NCBI GenBank assembly: GCA_008690995.1
Contig: VRMN01000010.1
Span: 186,001-250,000 of the forward strand
From: Porphyridium purpureum
Lineage: Eukaryota
Length of the DNA stretch: 64,000 nucleotides
Direction: 5' to 3'
Part shown: positions 34,830 to 44,643 of the stretch, one piece after another
Position numbering within the stretch: the stretch's first letter is position 1
Layout: every line of letters starts with the position of its first letter
The notes under the pieces: model-generated
Told to the model about the DNA's origin: nothing
Databases searched by the model: none
Seen by the model: only the letters and a program-made list of their open reading frames with translations
Position numbers and translations under genes: made by a program

Positions 34830-35196
34830 GGCACGTTCTCAGAGCGCCCAATTTTGGCCGCAATGGCTCTCACGCTGTTGCCTGACTCCCGGAGACCCTG
34901 AATACGTCCTTTCTCCTCGCCCGGAAGGCCAATATTGAGCCCCATGGAGTCACAATGGAGCTCTTCACGAGCTGCCATGGATCCACACTTCTCCGCTTAC
35001 ACTTAACCGCCGACTTTCGAGATATTTTGCTTCCACGCAGTGTCCCGTATCCGTTTCGAGCCACAAATTTCGTCGTAACCGTTGCAGACGAACTCCGCCG
35101 TTCGACTTTCATGGCAAAACATCAACATCTACTATTAAATAACTACTTTTTCCGAAACTTTTGACTGTCCCCTATCCGATTTGGTCCCACCTTATA
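34830..35196 (-). mobile_element. Truncated Tc1/Tc3-like transposon left end (TIR plus N-terminal HTH fragment)
   Basis: Minus-strand end TATAAGGTGGGACCAAATCGGATAGGGGAC resembles the TIR of the 62.5-kb element. 'MGLNIGLPGEEKGRIQGLRESGNSVRAIAAKIGRSENV' (ATG 34945) aligns with 'MGRKNGLSEREKGSILAFKAAGDSLHAISGKVKRSRNV'. Confidence 0.8.
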
Positions 35197-35238
35197 CGCG
35201 CAGTCAAAGAGTCGAGCTTTCATTCACCTGAGCTCATC

Positions 35239-35826
35239 ATGGCCGGTTCACGCCCCCTACGAAGCGGATATCAGAAGCAAGATATCAAAGCTATGAGCCC
35301 AGCAGGGGCAGCGATTGCGCAAACAAATCCACTGCTGCCCCCTGGGACGGACGGCCAGAAACATACGCGCGCGTGGCGCGCATCTGTGACAACATGGTGC
35401 GAACTACATCAACTGGCTCGCGCAGAGCCAGACTCGCGTCGAACACGTGATGTATTATCCTCCAATCAGTTGGGCGCACATTTATATGCATCTTTAACAG
35501 GTATGGCCATGGCTCGGGCTTCGATACGACCCGTGACTGCATATGCTTCCTTGGAAGGCCTCAAATTGCTTGTTGATACAATTGACCCTCTCAAAGAAAT
35601 GCGCGAAGCAGAACACCGAGCTCGCCTTTTTGAGCAGACATTTGCAATGGCGAGGAAAGACAGGGAACCAATGCACACTTTCTTGCTCAAATTCCAGAGC
35701 GCCGTAGCGAGACTCTCTCGTGCAGGTATCGACACATCAGCAATATGCGAAGCACTAGCATTCAGGTGCCTCGAAGCGGCTAGGCTGCCTGAAACCTTTC
35801 GGCAAAATGTGCTCTTCAACTACTGA
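35239..35826 (+). CDS. Copia Gag-like fragment
   Basis: 'WRASVTTWCELH...QLGAHLYASLTG.A...GLKLLVDTID...RKDREPMHTFLLKF' is gag-like, lies directly after the LTR/PBS and ends prematurely. Confidence 0.6.
   Translation: MAGSRPLRSGYQKQDIKAMSPAGAAIAQTNPLLPPGTDGQKHTRAWRASVTTWCELHQLARAEPDSRRTRDVLSSNQLGAHLYASLTGMAMARASIRPVTAYASLEGLKLLVDTIDPLKEMREAEHRARLFEQTFAMARKDREPMHTFLLKFQSAVARLSRAGIDTSAICEALAFRCLEAARLPETFRQNVLFNY
35290..35303 (+). promoter_or_regulatory. Primer-binding site complementary to the initiator tRNA-Met anticodon arm (half-tRNA priming)
   Basis: Reverse complement GCTGGGCTCATAGC is close to the tRNAi anticodon stem-loop GCUGGGCUCAUAAC; located 2 nt after the LTR-terminal CA. Confidence 0.65.
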
Positions 35827-36292
35827 GCTAGGTCAGATTGAAGAAAACAAACCGAACAAAACAGGAAATGACGTGAAATTGAGGGACAGTGAAATACTAG
35901 AGTCCCACGGTGAAGAAACCGATTCGATGCGAAATGACGACAAAGAAAAAAGTGATATCACTACAGTTTTAGTCCATGAGTCTGTAACTGAATCACAAGA
36001 ATCCGCAAATTTACAAACATGCTCATCATCTGAATCCTTTGAATTCGAGTCTGAGTCTAAATACGCTTCTTCGGACTACGAAAACAACAGGACTCAAGTA
36101 CCGGAGATGAGAAAACCGCCAAATTTCTAGCTGAGATGTATGCGAACGCATTTTTGCGAAGTCCGCGAGGACAGAAACGGCCTGGCAGCCCTCGTCATTC
36201 TCAGCGTTTGCGCAGGCGTCCACGAAGATTTATTGAAACGATGGTTGCCGTAAGCGTGCAATCCGATCTTGTGAAATTATTCAGCATATACG

Positions 36293-37930
36293 GTGAACGG
36301 CATTTTTTCATATTATTCTGCGATCAACTCTGGAATTGAGCCAAGCATCTTTCAGAGGGCGCTCGATGCAGAAATCGAGAACTGGCGTGATGGCCGATAT
36401 ACTGAAGTTTCGCATGACTTAGTCTTTCCAAGATCAAATATTATCGGATCACACATCGTGTTCAAGCTGAAATTCGAAACTCAACAAACATTGAAACTTA
36501 AGGCTCGCCTCGTTTTGTGGGGCCACCTTGACAAGGACAAAGCATGGCTTATAAGTGATACACCCACTCTACCAATAGCCGCAGTGCGTTTAGTCTTCCT
36601 GACTGCAGCAACACATGAATGCGCAATTTGCAAAGTTGACGTAATAGGGGCCTACCTACAATCTGGCCCCATCGACCGAGACGTGTATGTACGACCACCG
36701 CCTGCCATAGAACAGGCCAGCATACTATGGAAATTGAACGCAAAGGCATATGGTCTCATTGACGCAGGAAGACAGTGGCTTCTTACAAGCGACAAAGCCT
36801 TGACAGAATTGGGATTGCAGCAAAGCAAGCTCTACCCACAATTGTTTTACAACACGTCCCTCTTGGTTTGCAAGTTCGTGGACGACATCATTCTGTGTGG
36901 CCCAGATATACATGTGAACTCATTCGTGCAGGAGTTCAATTCAAGGTTCACGCTTGGAAGTGTTGAAACAAACAACTTTCTGTATCTCGGAACCAGTGTT
37001 TCGCGGGATTCAAGCGGGATAAGTGTCTCCATGAAAGATTATGCTGAACATCTATCACCAATCAAGATTAGAGGGCAAACTCCAGAACAAATCCAAAAGC
37101 ATGTACGTGCCCTAGCCGGGAGCCTAAATAGGCTCGGGCATTCGACCTCTCCAGTTGCAGCCTTCATGGCCTCGTACCTGCAGCAACTGCTACCGACAGG
37201 ACTCGACGTCAAGTTGCTGCGAATCTGCAATGGTGTGTTGAAAGAGCTTCATCGCTCTAGCCATCAAATTACGTACAAAGCAGACTTTGCATTCAACGAA
37301 AAATGCACAATTGCCGTCTTCTCTGATGCCGGATACCCCCATGGTAAGAATGTTGCATATGCGCAACAGTCTTACGTCTTGGGACTGCTTGACGTTACTA
37401 ATCATTTCGCCCCTATAGCGTGGAACAGCAGCAAGCAGAAGAGGGTAACCTATGATACGTTCCATGCTGAACTAACGGCGATTGTGAGTGCGCTCGAGCA
37501 TGAAAAACTATTCCAGGCATCTATCCTTGAAGTTTTCGGAAAGAAGTTGAGTATCAATATCCTTTTTGACTCAAAAGGAGTCAACGAACATCTCGCTACA
37601 TCCAATTCCCCAAAACATGCATACATCGTGAAATTCTTAGCCTGCCTTCGCGAGGCACAAGATGTAGATGGGTTCAAGTTCATCTGGTGTGAAGGAACAA
37701 ACAATTTGGCAGACGCTGCCACGAAGCGCGGTGCCATCAAGACAACGAAGCTGGTAAATGATGCATTCAATGGCAACGTCCTGTCTACCCAAAACGCAGG
37801 GGGTGTAATAAAGCGTAAGCATTGTACACTTTTGATGCAGCCAGGACTTTTGCAGGTTGGTGCAAGTCTAGGAGCACTGAGACGGATGCCAGATTTGTGG
37901 AAGCCAATGAGTGCAATGCGTAGGTTTTAG
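36293..37930 (+). CDS. Copia reverse transcriptase (RVT_2) plus RNase H, open frame with no clear ATG start
   Basis: 'LKARLVLWGHLD', 'KVDVIGAYLQS', 'LWKLNAKAYGLIDAGRQW', 'FVDDII', 'VFSDAG', 'HAELTA', 'LFDSKG', 'NNLADAATK'; the frame runs into the 3' LTR. Confidence 0.9.
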   Translation: MNGIFSYYSAINSGIEPSIFQRALDAEIENWRDGRYTEVSHDLVFPRSNIIGSHIVFKLKFETQQTLKLKARLVLWGHLDKDKAWLISDTPTLPIAAVRLVFLTAATHECAICKVDVIGAYLQSGPIDRDVYVRPPPAIEQASILWKLNAKAYGLIDAGRQWLLTSDKALTELGLQQSKLYPQLFYNTSLLVCKFVDDIILCGPDIHVNSFVQEFNSRFTLGSVETNNFLYLGTSVSRDSSGISVSMKDYAEHLSPIKIRGQTPEQIQKHVRALAGSLNRLGHSTSPVAAFMASYLQQLLPTGLDVKLLRICNGVLKELHRSSHQITYKADFAFNEKCTIAVFSDAGYPHGKNVAYAQQSYVLGLLDVTNHFAPIAWNSSKQKRVTYDTFHAELTAIVSALEHEKLFQASILEVFGKKLSINILFDSKGVNEHLATSNSPKHAYIVKFLACLREAQDVDGFKFIWCEGTNNLADAATKRGAIKTTKLVNDAFNGNVLSTQNAGGVIKRKHCTLLMQPGLLQVGASLGALRRMPDLWKPMSAMRRF

Positions 37931-38222
37931 TAGCTTCTTCTTTCCTTTCTTTACACTTGCGCAGTAGTTCCACGCCACTCTTGGCACTCACATTTCAACT
38001 GCCGCAGTCCGCGACCTGCATGAATAGGTCGCATGTCCGCGTGCAAATGCTGCACGCTCAGAGAAGAGGTAACCACGAGAACAAAAAGAACATAAAGACC
38101 TTGGACAGAATCAGTCTCCAACACATATACACGTGCAGTCAAAGAGTTGAGCTTTCATTCACCTGAGCTCATCATGGCCGGCACACGCCCCCTACGAAGC
38201 GGATATCAGAAGCAAGATATCA
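37804..38222 (+). repeat. 3' LTR (about 419 bp, TG...CA)
   Basis: Starts TGTAATAAAG after GCAGGGGG and ends GATATCA; the last 88 bp are duplicated at 35200-35287. Confidence 0.75.
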
Positions 38223-39066
38223 AAGAGTGTACCGTCCAGCGGATTCGACGCGGACGTGAGAGGTGGGACAAATAAGTGGGCGTAGTAGAGCGAAAAGCGA
38301 CGCATGGGCCTGCGGGCTTAGGCTCCACGGCTCCGCCCGACAAAGTTATTAAGCATGCAAGTTGAACGGGAGAAATGAGCGGTGAGCCTGTCTTTTGAAA
38401 TCCTAAAGATGGAGACAACGCTTGGCTTTCCTTGAGTTTGTCAGTTTCTGAAGCGTCTTTGTGATTTAGTGCGTTGCACAGCAGTGCGAGAGTAATCCTC
38501 TAGTTAGATGTCCTACCGAGTCGGTGTGCTATTGCTGGATGGCTAGGTGTGCGTGTGGTTAAGAGTCCCTGACGGACCCCAGAATAAAATGCATGTGGAG
38601 CCAAGATACGCACTGAGAGGCCCGGTTCCAAAAAAGAAAAATGTGTCCGTTGCATGAGAACACAAACTTCTATAACAACTCAAGCATGCCACGAGCACCT
38701 CAGGTCGGAATTTTCCCCTCGACTGGGGAAGTAGGATGAGCTGCGAGGTCTCATTCTCGTCAGCTGCGTGACGACGAGCTCAGACCACATGGTATCCTCC
38801 TACAAGAGAATAAAATGGGGCCGCGAACGAAAGGCGACCACGACGCTGTACAAGACGTCCAGCGTGAGGCCCTCGCCGCGTGGCTCCCTTCCTCTCAGAA
38901 TACAAAAGATTATCACCTACAAAACCCCGCACACGCTGCTGCTCTGCGCCGTTTAACCGCAACTCGTTCGAACGCTTTTTTTGTCGATCTTCAAGTTGAT
39001 TTGTGGCTGAAGTGCGTGAGCTGGGCAACTGATGAGCGGGAAGGGGAGGACGCGGTGAGAGATACG

Positions 39067-40407
39067 ATGTACGTGGAGGTTTTTGCAGTGCTTGTGGCGG
39101 TCTGCGGGGTGTGCATGGTGGTGCAGAACCGGCTAGAGAAAGCGTCGCACCAGGATGGCGGGTCAGCAGTGTCTTCCATGGTCGAGGATGGCGGGACGCC
39201 CAACACGATCGCCGTGCAGAAGGGCCAACGGGATAGCTTCTCTAGGTTTCAGCTGAGTTACTTGGTTGTGTATTACTTGGCAGTCAGCTCGGATTGGCTC
39301 CAGGGGCCGTATGTGTACGCGCTTTACTCCGATTATGGATACGATAAGCAGGCGATCGGACAGCTGTTCATTGCGGGCTTTGGCTCGTCCGCGCTGTTCG
39401 GCACGTTTGTTGCCGCCGTTGCCGACAAGTTTGGGCGCAAGTCGAACGTTATCGTCTTTTGCGTGACCTACGCGCTATCCTGTGTCACCAAGCACAGCCC
39501 GAACTTCTGGGTGCTTATGATTGGTCGTGTGCTGGGCGGTATCGCCACCTCGATTTTGTTCTCGGCGTTCGAGGCGTGGCTAGTCTCGGAGCACCATTCG
39601 CGCAATTATCCCGGACCATGGCTTTCCGAAACATTTGCCAAGGCGCAGTTTGGAAACGGCGTTGTGGCGATCGTGTCCGGACAGCTTGCCGGCCAGGCCG
39701 CGAACACGTTCGGCAAGGTCGCGCCGTTCGACATGTCGCTCGTGGTGCTGGTTTTATGTGGTTTGTTGGTTTCATGGATGTGGTCCGAGAACTATGGTGA
39801 TGAGAGGCAAAGCGTGGGTGCGGGGCTCGGCAACGCGTGGAATATCATGTTGCGTGACCGGCGGATTCTCATGATCGGGCTCATCCAGTCGTGCTTTGAA
39901 GGCGCCATGTACACGTTTGTCTTTGTCTGGACGCCGGCGATGCAGGCGCGTTCGGGCGACGTCGAAATCCCGCACGGCATGATTTTCTCGTCCTTCATGG
40001 TGTGCATGATGATTGGTTCGTCGCTCTTCACGGTGCTGGTGTCCAAGTTTGCGATCGAAAAGTTTCTGCGCGTGTGTATCGTTCTCGCGCTGGGCGTCTT
40101 TGTGAACGCCATCGCGCTCAACTCGCTGATTGGCGTGTACGGCTCGTTCCTGGCATTTGAGGTCATCTGCGGCATCTACTTCCCGAGCTTCGGCACGCTG
40201 CGCTCGCGCTACATCCCAGAGGAAGTGCGCAGCGCCATTATGAACTTTTTCCGCCTGCCGCTCAACATTATTGTCGTCGCCATGATGTACCGCGATCTCG
40301 ACATGACCACCATCTTTTCGATCAGCGCGTCGCTCATGCTGATTTCGCTCGTCGGCCTGCAAGTGCTAATCCATTCGCCCTCTATTGCACATGCCGACCT
40401 CAAGTAG
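39067..40407 (+). CDS. MFSD5: MFS molybdate-anion transporter (MFSD5/MOT2 family)
   Basis: 'FQLSYLVVYYLAVSSDWLQGPYVYALY', 'GRVLGGIATSILFSAFEAWLVSEH', 'FEGAMYTFVFVWTP', 'IPEEVRSAIMNFFRLPLN'. Likely start MYVEVF at 39067. Confidence 0.92.
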   Translation: MYVEVFAVLVAVCGVCMVVQNRLEKASHQDGGSAVSSMVEDGGTPNTIAVQKGQRDSFSRFQLSYLVVYYLAVSSDWLQGPYVYALYSDYGYDKQAIGQLFIAGFGSSALFGTFVAAVADKFGRKSNVIVFCVTYALSCVTKHSPNFWVLMIGRVLGGIATSILFSAFEAWLVSEHHSRNYPGPWLSETFAKAQFGNGVVAIVSGQLAGQAANTFGKVAPFDMSLVVLVLCGLLVSWMWSENYGDERQSVGAGLGNAWNIMLRDRRILMIGLIQSCFEGAMYTFVFVWTPAMQARSGDVEIPHGMIFSSFMVCMMIGSSLFTVLVSKFAIEKFLRVCIVLALGVFVNAIALNSLIGVYGSFLAFEVICGIYFPSFGTLRSRYIPEEVRSAIMNFFRLPLNIIVVAMMYRDLDMTTIFSISASLMLISLVGLQVLIHSPSIAHADLK

Positions 40408-40629
40408 AAAGCAAAGCAACTCACGTCTTCCCCACATCAACATGCCCACGTTCCAAAAGTAGCAGAAACCGAAAACATCGACTCCGCGCACTTTATATAG
40501 AAACCATAGGGCGACTTTGTAGTGTACTGTGAATTGGGTCGATCGGGTGGCAGCGGTGTGGGGAAGCGAGGCAAGAAAGACGTCTGCGGCATCAGCGCAC
40601 CTGGCCCTTTGTATCGCAAGAGTATGAGG

Positions 40630-41265
40630 ATGGCGTTTGTCGCCACGTCTGTTCAAGCGCCGGTAGGCTCGAGGCTGAACTATGTGGAGAAGCTGGCCTG
40701 TACGCCGCGCACGCGAGGATGCGTGCCGACGCAACGCGGCGCGCGATTGATTTCGGCCCCGCGATCGGTAGCGATGAACGCGGCAACTGGCTCTGCTGCT
40801 CCGCGCGGCGGGATTCCGGGTCTGTGGCATAGGATTCACGCAAAGCTGGGCGTGTTTGCATGGTTTGTGCCGCTTGTGGTGTTTGCGGCGCTCTTTATTG
40901 GTGCTTTCGAGTACAAGCAGAACGAACTACAAAAGTTCAAGGACACGGTCGCGCAACTGCCCGCCACAGACCATGTTTCGAGTATTGAGCTCCTTGGCTT
41001 GCGTGACAAGTATCTGCGCGCACCAGAATTCAACACAGAGGTGGATAATGTCGAGGGCAAGCGCGCGTCGGTCGCTATTTATCACGCGCTCCTGTCCGAG
41101 TTTGGCGTGATCAACGCGCGTGCGGCGGAGAAGGGACTTCTCCTGTACGGGCCGTTTGTGGAAGAGGCGCGCAGGAAGCCCGGCTCTCACCCCAATATTG
41201 ACCTTCTGTTCCGGGTGCTGGACGAGCCGCAAGTCGTGCTCGTAGGACAGATCAACACGCTCTGA
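40630..41265 (+). CDS. DUF2322-like protein with putative plastid transit peptide and one TM helix
   Basis: N-terminus 'MAFVATS...' is Ser/Arg/Ala-rich; TM 'VFAWFVPLVVFAALFIGAF'; C-domain 'FKDTVAQLPATDHV...NVEGKRASVAIYH...KPGSHPNIDLL' resembles bacterial DUF2322 as I recall it. Confidence 0.7.
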   Translation: MAFVATSVQAPVGSRLNYVEKLACTPRTRGCVPTQRGARLISAPRSVAMNAATGSAAPRGGIPGLWHRIHAKLGVFAWFVPLVVFAALFIGAFEYKQNELQKFKDTVAQLPATDHVSSIELLGLRDKYLRAPEFNTEVDNVEGKRASVAIYHALLSEFGVINARAAEKGLLLYGPFVEEARRKPGSHPNIDLLFRVLDEPQVVLVGQINTL

Positions 41266-41366
41266 CACGCGGAAGCTTAGCGAGGCAATTGAGGCAGATC
41301 GCCCATCTTTCCCCTTGTCCCTTCTTCTCCGTGTTAACTCTATTCTTACCGTGAGCCAGGATAGCA

Positions 41367-42902
41367 TCATTCTGGCTCGTGGTGTCGAGCTAATAGTACA
41401 GGCTTCCAATTTTCTAACCACAAGCATCCGGCAGGTGAAGCGCCGGAGCAAACAAGGCGGGCGCTCGTGTGAGTACTGCTTCCAGAAGGATCTCGCTGTG
41501 GTATCTCGTACATTTCTGCATACGTAACCGGCTGCGTGGAGTAGCGCTGCTCGACCACAAGGTCGCCCGTGCGTGTGTCCCAGGTGCGCACGCAACGGTC
41601 GCTTCCGGGACTGATCAAGTACTCGCCGCTTTCGAACAGTTTGAGCCGCTTGAAGTCATTCACGTGACGGGCAAAAGTGAGCGCTGGCCGGCGCATGTAC
41701 CGAAGATCCCACATGCACAGCGCGTCGGACGACGATGCGTCGAGTGTGCGGGCACGATTTGTACTGGAAGATACGCACGTCCGACTGGTATAAAATGCAT
41801 AACCCGGTGACTGGGTGCTCCATAATACGTCAATAACGGATTCCTTTTCGCCAATTTGCCACGACGCACCGCCGCCGTTCCTTTCAAATCGATTGTTGCG
41901 AAGGTGCGCTAATATCAGCTTTCCCTGGCGTGACCCGGCGAGAAGGCTGGAGCGCTCGCTAGAACACGCGTCGTCAAGCTTGAGAGACGAGCAAAATATA
42001 TCGTGGCCAGGTAGGTCCAGCACATCGGATCGAAACGAAAAATCCCGTTGAAGGCGCCGATGCGATGCCACGTTCATGGGAGCTGTGGTTGGCGCACTCC
42101 CGCGCTCTCGAAGCGTCAGCAGCATGCACTTGTCTTTACGTCCCAAGCACACAGCAGCACTTGCGGGGTCTGGGCATGAGAGTGAAATTGAGTACGTCTC
42201 GCGAAATACGTGGAATGCCGGAAAGCGATCGCATGTGCCTACAAGCTGTGTGCCGTCTGCCGGGCGGAGTACGTCCGAGAACGTGAGTTGCAATTGATTA
42301 CGTGGAATGCTCGGCTTGATTTCTAACTGGCAATGAAGCTCGCGCCGAGTTTGCGTACCGCGAGTGCCGTGTTTGTGATCAAACTCGTATGCCGACGCTT
42401 GGTCGAGCACGCGCGCGGGTGAGCGTGGTGGCAAATGTGCCTGACAGGCAAGGCAATATCCGCATTGCCTTTGTGACTGCAGCGCGGAATTTTCTTGTTC
42501 CTGGCTCTGATATTGGCGCTGAATCTGACTGTCATTCTGACTTTCCACTCTGACCGATCGCAGGTACGCGCATGCCTTGCGCCGCACAATCGTCGTCTCA
42601 ACACGCGACCCGTTAATCTGCCTCTGCAGTAACAAGCTCGGGGTATGCGACACTTCGGCACGTACCCCTTTCACCTGACCGGCTTGCGTCGCATCCACGT
42701 TCTGCGTCCGCAATGCGTGCCGCGCGGTACCTTTCACCTGCTGCGGCAGCTTCGACCTCGCCTCCATATGCTCCGGCTCACTGCCCAGCGCGCGCACGCG
42801 CATTTTTTTCGCAATGCTCTCGGGAGCGCCATCTATCCGATAGTATCTGCCCGTAGCCTCATCTCGCCAGTACCCGTCTATTCTCATGACGCACACTTCC
42901 AC
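41367..42902 (-). CDS. WD40 protein, DCAF4/WDR21-like
   Basis: N-terminal 'IDGYWRDEATGRYYRI' (cf. the PG.YYD..K.RYF motif); WDxR motifs 'MWDLRY' and 'GSDRCVRTWDTRTG'. The start may be the ATG at about 42888. Confidence 0.7.
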   Translation of the reverse strand: MEVCVMRIDGYWRDEATGRYYRIDGAPESIAKKMRVRALGSEPEHMEARSKLPQQVKGTARHALRTQNVDATQAGQVKGVRAEVSHTPSLLLQRQINGSRVETTIVRRKACAYLRSVRVESQNDSQIQRQYQSQEQENSALQSQRQCGYCLACQAHLPPRSPARVLDQASAYEFDHKHGTRGTQTRRELHCQLEIKPSIPRNQLQLTFSDVLRPADGTQLVGTCDRFPAFHVFRETYSISLSCPDPASAAVCLGRKDKCMLLTLRERGSAPTTAPMNVASHRRLQRDFSFRSDVLDLPGHDIFCSSLKLDDACSSERSSLLAGSRQGKLILAHLRNNRFERNGGGASWQIGEKESVIDVLWSTQSPGYAFYTSRTCVSSSTNRARTLDASSSDALCMWDLRYMRRPALTFARHVNDFKRLKLFESGEYLISPGSDRCVRTWDTRTGDLVVEQRYSTQPVTYAEMYEIPQRDPSGSSTHTSARLVCSGASPAGCLWLENWKPVLLARHHEPE

Positions 42903-42905
42903 CCC

Positions 42906-42909
<4 letters not shown>

Positions 42910-42955
<46 letters not shown>
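42910..42955. repeat. (CT)n microsatellite in the 5' leader of the WD40 gene
   Basis: Read directly. Similar CT/GA tracts at about 5625, 15935, 44935 and 50200 precede other genes. Confidence 0.9.
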
Positions 42956-44414
42956 ACCCGCGGTAAAACTTTCCCCCAAAACCCACTCGCGCCGCGGTTT
43001 CTTCCGCTTGTCCCTGTTCGAAACCGATATCACAACACATTCGTTTGCAATCTTGATAAAAGTCTAATAAAATGATATCTTTTTACTGAACTTGTAATGT
43101 GAGTGATGAAGTACAGTCGCTGTACAGCATACGCAGTCTCTCCGTTCAACCGTTAGCGCCGTTCAGCCATCTTTCGCGGAGCATCAACAAGAGAGCTGCG
43201 CGTTTTCTGCACCACGGCTCTGGGTCCGATCGGATGAACAGGTGAGTTATACTTCGTGCTTGCAGCTTCGAACTGATGAGCCCATTTCTTTCATCTGCCT
43301 GTGCCTATGCCAGGCTTCTTTCCCGTGGCGCCTTTCAAGATATCAAGCATCGTTTGATACCCCGTTTACAGGTGTGCTGTTTGCTACTAACCTGCTTGCG
43401 CCCGAGTTTTCGATTTGCTCCGCACGCGGGTCGTGCTCGAACATGAGTGCCGTAGCTCAGCGCTTGAATTGTCTCCATGTCGATTCTGGCCATCTGCACA
43501 CTGCGAATTTCTTAGCAGAAACTTGCGTCAGTGCGTGGGCAGAGAGTCACAAAGCGAATCAAACCACCTGCGGGTCTCTTCATGGTGACATTTTTTTTGT
43601 TCTTTGAGAAGAATGCACGTCCAATGCCGTGTCTTTGGTTCAGCCGGTGTCCGCTACCGACTTGATGCGGACCCAGTGGCAGGTGCATTTCGCGACCAGA
43701 ACATGTGCCTGATGAGAAAAGCGGGCATCTCCTTGCTTAGCTCGTCGTCATGCAACCTGCTTTGGTAAATCGGTTGGATGGATTCGGATACGTTGGAGAA
43801 AAGCTTCTGGGAGGGTCCCATGCAACGAATGCTGAAAATTGTGATGCGCAAAGTATCTACTTGCCGGTGCGATGCACGGCTTGAGCTCGGACCTTCACCG
43901 GCAGGAAAGGTGTGCATAGGGCACAAGCTGTGGTGTCAGTGCAGCGATAAATGAATGCCTTTATGCGCGGAAGTGCGCCGTGGCGATGCGTCAAAGTCCC
44001 AAAGCGTGTGCATCCACTTTCAGGTTAAGAGTGCAAGAGAATAATGGACCGTTTTAAACACACCAAGCTCAAACAGCGCAAAGCCCAACAAGCCCGGAAC
44101 TGGAGCCAGCACCCCGTGTCTGTAATGCAACGGCACAGTACAAGAATCCGAGAGCGCTTCCTTTACCAAAGTGAATCCCACGCTCTTTCGACTAGGCGTC
44201 CCTGCCATTCGCTTCGGGCCAAATACTCTCCATGCAGACCATCGAGTCCAGCAATTCGCAATGGAACCAGTCGTTTAAAGAGTGCTATAGCACCGACCGC
44301 AATCACCGCAGTCGCCGCTTGGTGACGAGGCGAGGACTCTTTTTTTTTTTCCCTGGTGACCGGCTGTGAATTCAAATGCGAATGCTCTCCATCCTGCACC
44401 TAGCTGCACGCCAA

Positions 44415-44643
44415 CCACCACCACCACCAGCAGCAGCAGCAGCAGCAGCAGAAGCAGAAGCAGAAGCAGAAGCAGAAGCAGAAGCAGAAGCAGAAGCAGA
44501 AGCAGCAGCAGAAGCAGAAGCAGAAGCAGCAGCAGAAGCAGAAGCAGAAGCAGAAGCAGAAGCAGAAGCAGAAGCAGCAGCAGAAGCAGAAGCAGAAGCA
44601 GAAGCAGCAGCAGCAGGAGCAGCAGCAGCAGGAGCAGCAGCAG
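44415..44643. repeat. Compound microsatellite (CCA)n(GCA)n(GCAGAA)n
   Basis: Read directly; hexamer runs are interrupted by GCA triplets. Confidence 0.97.

Larger units (their letters stand above)
35197..38222 (+). mobile_element. Ty1/copia element, internally deleted (gag fragment plus RT/RNase H), truncated 5' LTR and full 3' LTR
   Basis: 88-bp direct repeat 35200-35287 / 38135-38222 with 3 mismatches, ending in CA; PBS-like GCTATGAGCCCAGC; purine tract followed by TG at 37804. Confidence 0.88.

Noticed and set aside
38257..38280. AGGTGGGACAAAT resembling the Tc1-remnant TIR
   Set aside because: The match is short, lacks the GGATAGG core and a terminal TA, and has no adjacent transposase.
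43200..44400. Possible acyltransferase pseudogene ('LRIAGLDGLHG')
   Set aside because: A single short motif without the expected following TM helices; the frames are fragmented.
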